The position numbers were made by a program, and so were the translations under genes. The notes under the pieces were generated by a model that saw only the letters and a program-made list of their open reading frames with translations, was not told the DNA's origin and made no database searches. A stretch of DNA of 62,424 bases, the filler included. It is 10 parts of 10 records of this genome, joined end to end, with 100 filler letters (N's around TTAATTAATTAA, not from the genome) between each part and the next. Parts side by side here need not be neighbours in the genome. Positions count along the whole stretch, not along the records: positions 45,799 to 58,692 come from SRR7504441_625; positions 58,793 to 62,424 come from SRR7504441_647; 8 more parts are not named here. One strand, written 5' to 3'. Below, in pieces: positions 57,185-62,424 of this stretch. Each line of letters starts with the position of its first letter. Position 1 is the first letter of the stretch.

Positions 57185-58555
57185 TCACAGCTTGCTCGCG
57201 AGCTCGGCTTGATAGCTAGGTTGCTCATAATGCTCCTCGTCGACCCAAAGGGCATGGAACCCATAAGGCACCCGGTGCGCCAAGTCCACAACCGCCAGCG
57301 GCGCCTCGGGCATCGTGCTAGCGTCCCATATCAGCAGCTCGCTCAGGCCCGTCGGGCAATAAACTATCATGAGCAGATACCCGTCGCCCTCACTGCCACG
57401 CGTCCCGTCAGCCAGCCGGCGCGGTACAAACTGCATTTCGCCGCCACGCTTGCCGCCCGGCAGCGGGCGCTGGATGGTCCGGCCGGTGTGCAGGTCGTGT
57501 CGGAGCCAGCCGTCCACAGGCAGCGGCTCGGCTACCTTGGCGTCCAGCCGACACGCCCAGATGAACCTGCTGGGCAGCCCAACTAGCCTACTGTCTATAA
57601 TCGGGAATTCACACGGCACTGGGCAGATCTCCTGCTCGCGCACTGTCCTGCCGGAGCTCAGGTCAAACTGCCAGTGCCGCAGCCGCAGCCCCGAGGCGTT
57701 ACTCCGCTGGAAGTTGAATCCGACGGCCGCCACCATCACGAGCTCGATAAGCTGATCGTTCTCCCAGCAGTTGGCTGTGTGGTAGCCGTAAAGCCCGTCC
57801 GCTTCGAACCAGCGCAGGTCGGCCGGGCCGCCGTGTCGGGGGATGATCCCAAACATGGACTTATCCTGGGTGCGAGTGGGTGCCCCCATGTCCCACAAAG
57901 GGAAGTCCATTAGTACAGAGTAATGCCGGGTGACTGCAAAATCGTGACACATCACCGGTTCGCGCAACGGCACCGGCACAGTGTGCACCAGCTGGCCGGC
58001 TTGGTCGGCCACGGAGTAGTGCATATCTGCCTCGCTGCCTGGGACTGCGTGCTCTCCGTATCCAAAGAACATCAGCTCGCCAGTCTCCGGGCACGCTTTC
58101 GGGTGCGCCGTAAAGCAGTGCCGCAGCCGGCCGTCAAAGCTGTGCTGGCCGACGGTCCGCAGCGAGGGCAGCGCCAGCTCGATCGGGAGCGCCTGCTCCT
58201 CCAGCGCCAGAAGTCGGCCGGCGTGCCAGACCATCGCTGTATTCGCCAGCCCCTCCCGAAGCAGCCCGGTCTCGTCGGCCCCCGTGCGCAGCTGGCGCGT
58301 GCTGACCATCGCCCGCCGGTACGCCCGGGGCCGGCCGTTGGAGAACTGGACCGCGTGCACCATCCCGTCGCCCATAAACAAATGATACCCGCGCCCGCAC
58401 TGTCGCAGGGTGGACTCGGTCGGGTTTGGCCCGATCCGGAGGAAGCAGCCGCTCAGGTCGGGCGGCACAAGCCCAGCCAGCACCCGCAGCTCGGTCTGCT
58501 CCAGCGGCTCGGCCGGTGCCGGCGCCCAGTTGCCCCGCAGGAAAGGTGAGGACAT
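57185..58555 (-). CDS. Carotenoid oxygenase / lignostilbene dioxygenase family (RPE65 superfamily), intronless
   Basis: FLRGNWAP, RIGPNP, GDGMVH, ANT. Four Fe-ligand His: TAHPK, CHDF, YHTAN, GFHAL. Confidence 0.92.
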   Translation of the reverse strand: MSSPFLRGNWAPAPAEPLEQTELRVLAGLVPPDLSGCFLRIGPNPTESTLRQCGRGYHLFMGDGMVHAVQFSNGRPRAYRRAMVSTRQLRTGADETGLLREGLANTAMVWHAGRLLALEEQALPIELALPSLRTVGQHSFDGRLRHCFTAHPKACPETGELMFFGYGEHAVPGSEADMHYSVADQAGQLVHTVPVPLREPVMCHDFAVTRHYSVLMDFPLWDMGAPTRTQDKSMFGIIPRHGGPADLRWFEADGLYGYHTANCWENDQLIELVMVAAVGFNFQRSNASGLRLRHWQFDLSSGRTVREQEICPVPCEFPIIDSRLVGLPSRFIWACRLDAKVAEPLPVDGWLRHDLHTGRTIQRPLPGGKRGGEMQFVPRRLADGTRGSEGDGYLLMIVYCPTGLSELLIWDASTMPEAPLAVVDLAHRVPYGFHALWVDEEHYEQPSYQAELASKL

Positions 58556-58792
58556 CGAAAAGCGAGGCACGGGCCGCGGCGGCCGTTGTCAAATCCGTTT
58601 GTTGTGGCGCGCCGGTTCAATGCGTGGTGTCGCGGTTCGCGGCGTGTACCAGCCGGCTGAGTGTAAATCCCACACTCGCGCGCGGTAGTACANNNNNNNN
58701 NNNNNNNNNNNNNNNNNNNNNNNNNNNNNNNNNNNNTTAATTAATTAANNNNNNNNNNNNNNNNNNNNNNNNNNNNNNNNNNNNNNNNNNNN

Positions 58793-59177
58793 CGTAGAAC
58801 ACAAAGCAGAAGCTGATCACCGCCCCGATGTGCCAAAAGTCCTGGAAGTCCTGCCAGCCGCTGGTGGTGCTGTCCTGGGCCGCGTTGGTGCCTTGCAGCA
58901 CCATCCGTGTCACTTTGGCCATCATCGCCACCAGAAATAAGTCGTAGAATGTGTCCGTCCAGGATTCCTCAAACTCGGGCGGGTTGGCTCCGTCCGGATC
59001 GGCCGCATGGTCGAAGAGGTGGTGGAATTCGGGCCCCAGCGCAAGGTGCTGCTGGTCTTGCATCACGCCTACTGCCTTGCTGAAGCCCTCCCGCGCCGCG
59101 AACCCGCTCTCCTGCTGGTAGAAGATCCCGCCCCAGTACCACCACGGCCGCGGCGGCGCGCTCACTGGATCCGACAT
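58793..59177 (-). CDS. Low-temperature-requirement A (LtrA)-like membrane protein, 3' truncated
   Basis: SWTDTFYDLFLVAM resembles the LtrA W-x-ELF-x-DL-x-FV motif. Hydrophobic segments follow. Confidence 0.5.
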
Positions 59178-59259
59178 GTTCCCTCTCCCCGAAGAGATGT
59201 GGTCGGTGGCGACAGTTCGAGGACAGTTGCGGCGACAGGCGTTAACGTGTCTAACGGCA

Positions 59260-59922
59260 ATGCGGCTGGGCTGGGCTGCGCTGTCCAGGCGGCTCTGCTC
59301 CAGCGCGGCGGGGCCGGTGCGGGCGGCGGGCGTGGGTCCGGGCGAGCGGGGGCAGCGGCGGCTCTCGCGGGGCGGCTCTCTGCTGGCGGTGGGCGACTAT
59401 GAGACTCTGGCCCGCCGCTTCAGTCAGCGGGAGCTCGACCAGTTTGCCGCGCTCACCGGCGACGTCCGTTGCCCCGGCTGGCCGGCCCGAGCGCCCGCAG
59501 GCCAACTCGATCCACCGGGACCCGCGCGCGGCCGGGGAGGCGGGGTTCGAGCGGCCGGTGGTGCACGGTGCGCGCCCGGGCGGCGCGGGGGAGCCCGGGG
59601 CAGGGATGCTCACCGGCTCGCTGTTCGGGGCGATCGTGGGCTCGGCGGTGCCCGGGGCGGTGTATCTGGAGCAGAAGCTCAGGTTCAGGGCCCCGGTGCT
59701 GGTCGGAGAGCAGGTCAGCGCCAGCGGGCCCGGCGGGCAGCGGAGGACAGGTGGTCGCCCGGGTGGAGGTTACCGGCGTGCGGAGCAGGGGGGGCGGGCA
59801 CCTGGTGTGGAGCTGCCGGCCGGCTGGCCGAGGGCAGATAGGTGAGCATGGACACGCTGCTGACCAACGAGGCGGGGGAGCGCGCAGTCACCGGGTCTGC
59901 AGTGCTGCTCGCACCGTCGTGA
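59260..59922 (+). CDS. MaoC-like dehydratase (mitochondrial HTD2-like), 5 introns
   Basis: Arg-rich presequence. Spliced: FAALTGDANSIH, PVVHGML, PGAVYLEQKLRFRAPVLVGE. Confidence 0.85.
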
Positions 59923-60180
59923 CATGCGCCATTTTTATTTGCAAGTATCACAAGCATGATCTCGCAAAGTGCGTCGCATCGCGGTCGAGATTTGGTCTCA
60001 AGCGCATGCCGTGAGTACATGTGGTTGTAAAAAATATAGACATTAAATTCAGTTTATTCACTTTACGATAATGTAACGTAACTTGATTAATATTAATGCA
60101 GACGGGTACCGGATGTCTAACTACAAGCACCCGGCGCCTAGAGGACTGCCACTCCCCGCACCCCCCCGGTGGCGCTGTCC

Positions 60181-61157
60181 TCAGAGTCGTCTGAGCGCGC
60201 CCTTGAGCTCCGCATCAGTCACGATCCCCTCAGGCAACCTCTCCGGCTTGCCTCGCCCCAACTGCAGCTTGGCCTCCAGCGCCTGCCGCACTGCCCGGGC
60301 CGCCGCCGGGTTCATCTCCAGCGCCGGCCCGTGTCCAATCCAGTCGCCCGACCGGTTGACTTGGTGGCTCGCCGCCTCCCTCAGGTGTGCCTCCTGCAGC
60401 TCCACGTGGCACTCGCGTAACTCGGCCCGGACAGAGCTCAGCTCGGCCTCCTTGGACCGCAGCTGGCGCCGCAAGCTCTGAATTTCCTCCAGCTGCCGCA
60501 CCAGTCAGCCGCCGGCCCGACCGGCCCGCGCCTGCCCGCCCGACAGCTCCAGCCGGACCTCCGCGAGCGCCCGCTCGTGCGCCTGCCCCAATCTGGGCCA
60601 GCCCCGGGCCTGGCATGCCTTCTGCTCGATGCTCCGCTGCTGCTCGCTCCAGAGCAACTGGGCCGCCAGCGTCCGAAGCTGGGTCTCCAAGTCCGGGCTC
60701 TCTCCAGGCCTCACCCCCAGTGCCCGGCCCCACTCGTCCAGCCCGCCCGAGCTCTCCTCCTCCAGCTCTCGCCCCGCGCCCCCCGGGTCCAGCCGGCCCG
60801 GGAGCCCGCCCGATTGGCCGCTAGCCAGCCACTGGTCCAGCTCTCGCTCGTCGGCCTCGCTCCACACCGACGGCCCGGCCGGCTCCTCCTCCTCGCCCAA
60901 CGCCTCCAGAACCCCGAGCGCCAGAGTGGCGTCGGCCAGCCGGGCGCTCGGGCCCGGCCGCTGGTCGGCTCGGCTAACGAACCGGTAGGTATCGAGCAGC
61001 TCGACCGCGTCGGCGGCGGCCGCGGCCGGGTCCACCTGCAGCAGGGTCCGGAGCGCGCTGCCGACGGGTCAGCCACGGGCCCAGCGCGGGGGCACCTGCT
61101 GCTGAGGGACGAGGCCACCGATCGCTCGGTCTCGCAGGCGGACGCGCCTGGATCCAT
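60181..61157 (-). CDS. Hypothetical coiled-coil protein with short introns
   Basis: ORFs 60505-61035 and 60181-60501 are joinable by an intron of about 37 nt. No family recognised. Confidence 0.5.
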
Positions 61158-61265
61158 CGCGATGCCGTGCCCCAGCTACCGGTAGATCTACTCTAAGGTA
61201 TTGTCGCTGCAAGCGATATTTTTCTGCCCAGCTGCAGATTTGCGGAAGTCCGCGTAGATCTAGGG

Positions 61266-62424
61266 ATGCCCGTGCGGGCCGGCTCGGCGGCCGTGCTGGC
61301 GGCGCTGGTGCTGATCGGCCCGGGCCGGGGGACGGAACTGAGGCTGATCGGAATGCTGTCGGATAGCACCGTATTTGCCGGGATCTCGGGGTTGGCGACG
61401 AACGGCGTCGGAGGGGTCGGCAGTCGGCTCTACGTGACGGCCAGTGAGTACGGCGGACTGGCCGTGGTGAATGTCGAGGACCCTAACACGGATATGCCCG
61501 CCTTGCTAGGGCACGTGGCCCATGCTGATCTGGCCGGCGCCCGACGCGTGACCTACTCCACCAGCCACACCAATTGTGTGTACGTGAGTGGCACCTCCAA
61601 GGTCACCGCTCTTGATGTCACCGCAGACGCAGCACCGGCAATCGTAGCCTCGGAGGCGGTGAGCCAGGCGTATGGCCAGTTTGAGAAGGCGACAGCTAGC
61701 CAGGCGAGCCAACTGTTCGTGGCTTGCGCTGATGGCAAGCTGGTAGAGCTGAGCATCGCTGCCTGCAACAGCATGTCACAGGCCAGTTCGTTGACGCACG
61801 CTGCCTTAGACGGAGCGGTAGACGTGGTAGTGTACGGCACCCGCGCATACGTGGTGTGCACACCCAGCAGCGGCACTCCTGATGGCAGGCTGGTTGTAGT
61901 CGACGTCGGCACGCCGGGCGGCAGCTGGGCCGCCATGTCCCACAGCCGCACTTACAGCTCCGCCGACGGCGGAGCTTGGACAGCGCTGCAAGGTCCCCAG
62001 GCGATAGTCGTCAGTGGGAGCACTGCGTATATCAGCACAGCCCAGTCCAGCAGCCTGATCGCAGTGTCGGTCGCTTCCGGAAGTGCGGATGTTACTGTCC
62101 TGGAGAGCTACTCGGAGCCAAGTGTGATGACCAGCTCAGGGACAGGACAGGGCTGCTTGCTACTCGTGTCTGGCAGCCACCTGTATCGAGCGGCCGGTAC
62201 CAGCGATGCACTGGCCGTGGTTGATTGGGACGGGACCAGCTTTAGTGCTTACGCCTCATACACAAGCAACCTGATGCTGGATCAGGCTTACGGAGTTGCT
62301 GTGATCGGCGCGTACACCTTCGTGAGCAGTCAGGCCAACAGCCAGGTCAACGTGCTCTGCTCAGGGGCAGGATGCCCAACACCGGTCCCAACCACTGCAG
62401 CCCCGACCTCTGCAGCCCCGACCT
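61266..62424 (+). CDS. Secreted LVIVD-repeat beta-propeller protein with a PT-rich stalk, running off the window end
   Basis: Signal peptide, repeats LYVTA...GLAVVNV, RAYVV...GRLVVVDV, ALAVVDW, then CPTPVPTTAAPTSAAPT. No stop, so it is absent from the ORF track. Confidence 0.75.
   Translation, partial: MPVRAGSAAVLAALVLIGPGRGTELRLIGMLSDSTVFAGISGLATNGVGGVGSRLYVTASEYGGLAVVNVEDPNTDMPALLGHVAHADLAGARRVTYSTSHTNCVYVSGTSKVTALDVTADAAPAIVASEAVSQAYGQFEKATASQASQLFVACADGKLVELSIAACNSMSQASSLTHAALDGAVDVVVYGTRAYVVCTPSSGTPDGRLVVVDVGTPGGSWAAMSHSRTYSSADGGAWTALQGPQAIVVSGSTAYISTAQSSSLIAVSVASGSADVTVLESYSEPSVMTSSGTGQGCLLLVSGSHLYRAAGTSDALAVVDWDGTSFSAYASYTSNLMLDQAYGVAVIGAYTFVSSQANSQVNVLCSGAGCPTPVPTTAAPTSAAPT

Noticed and set aside
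16975-58792. Nine identical N-flanked TTAATTAATTAA elements
   Set aside because: Assembly concatenation linkers. Gene adjacency across them is meaningless.

Overview
Eukaryotic (protist-like) genomic DNA, not prokaryotic: ten unrelated contig pieces joined by nine artificial 100-nt N-TTAATTAATTAA-N linkers. It carries about 30 compact, GC-rich protein-coding genes separated by short AT-rich spacers. Most genes are split by very short spliceosomal introns (mostly 34-43 nt), so the ORF track shows them as fragments. After splicing by eye I recognise HIRA, GCP3, alpha-SNAP, a VWA8-like C-terminus, a GARS/GART-like/AIRS purine fusion, a PAF-AH-like lipase, nitronate monooxygenase, THUMPD1, RABL2, a GH28 enzyme, kinesin-1, a MORN protein, PFK-2/FBPase-2, a mini SLX4-like protein, a GT2, a YHYH protein, a carotenoid oxygenase and a MaoC dehydratase. 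Top finding: a secreted YHS-domain protein with an in-frame UGA at the conserved Cys position (YGGF-U) and a well-formed form II SECIS hairpin just after its stop codon, i.e. a candidate eukaryotic YHS selenoprotein. Also notable: tiny introns with roughly one in five GC-AG donors (all but one doubtful case after an exonic AG) and one GA-AG candidate; a GARS-GART*-AIRS domain order with a degenerate GART; and head-to-head gene pairs whose start codons are only about 30-110 nt apart. All exon structures and family calls are manual, with no database searches, and the lineage cannot be determined from this window.
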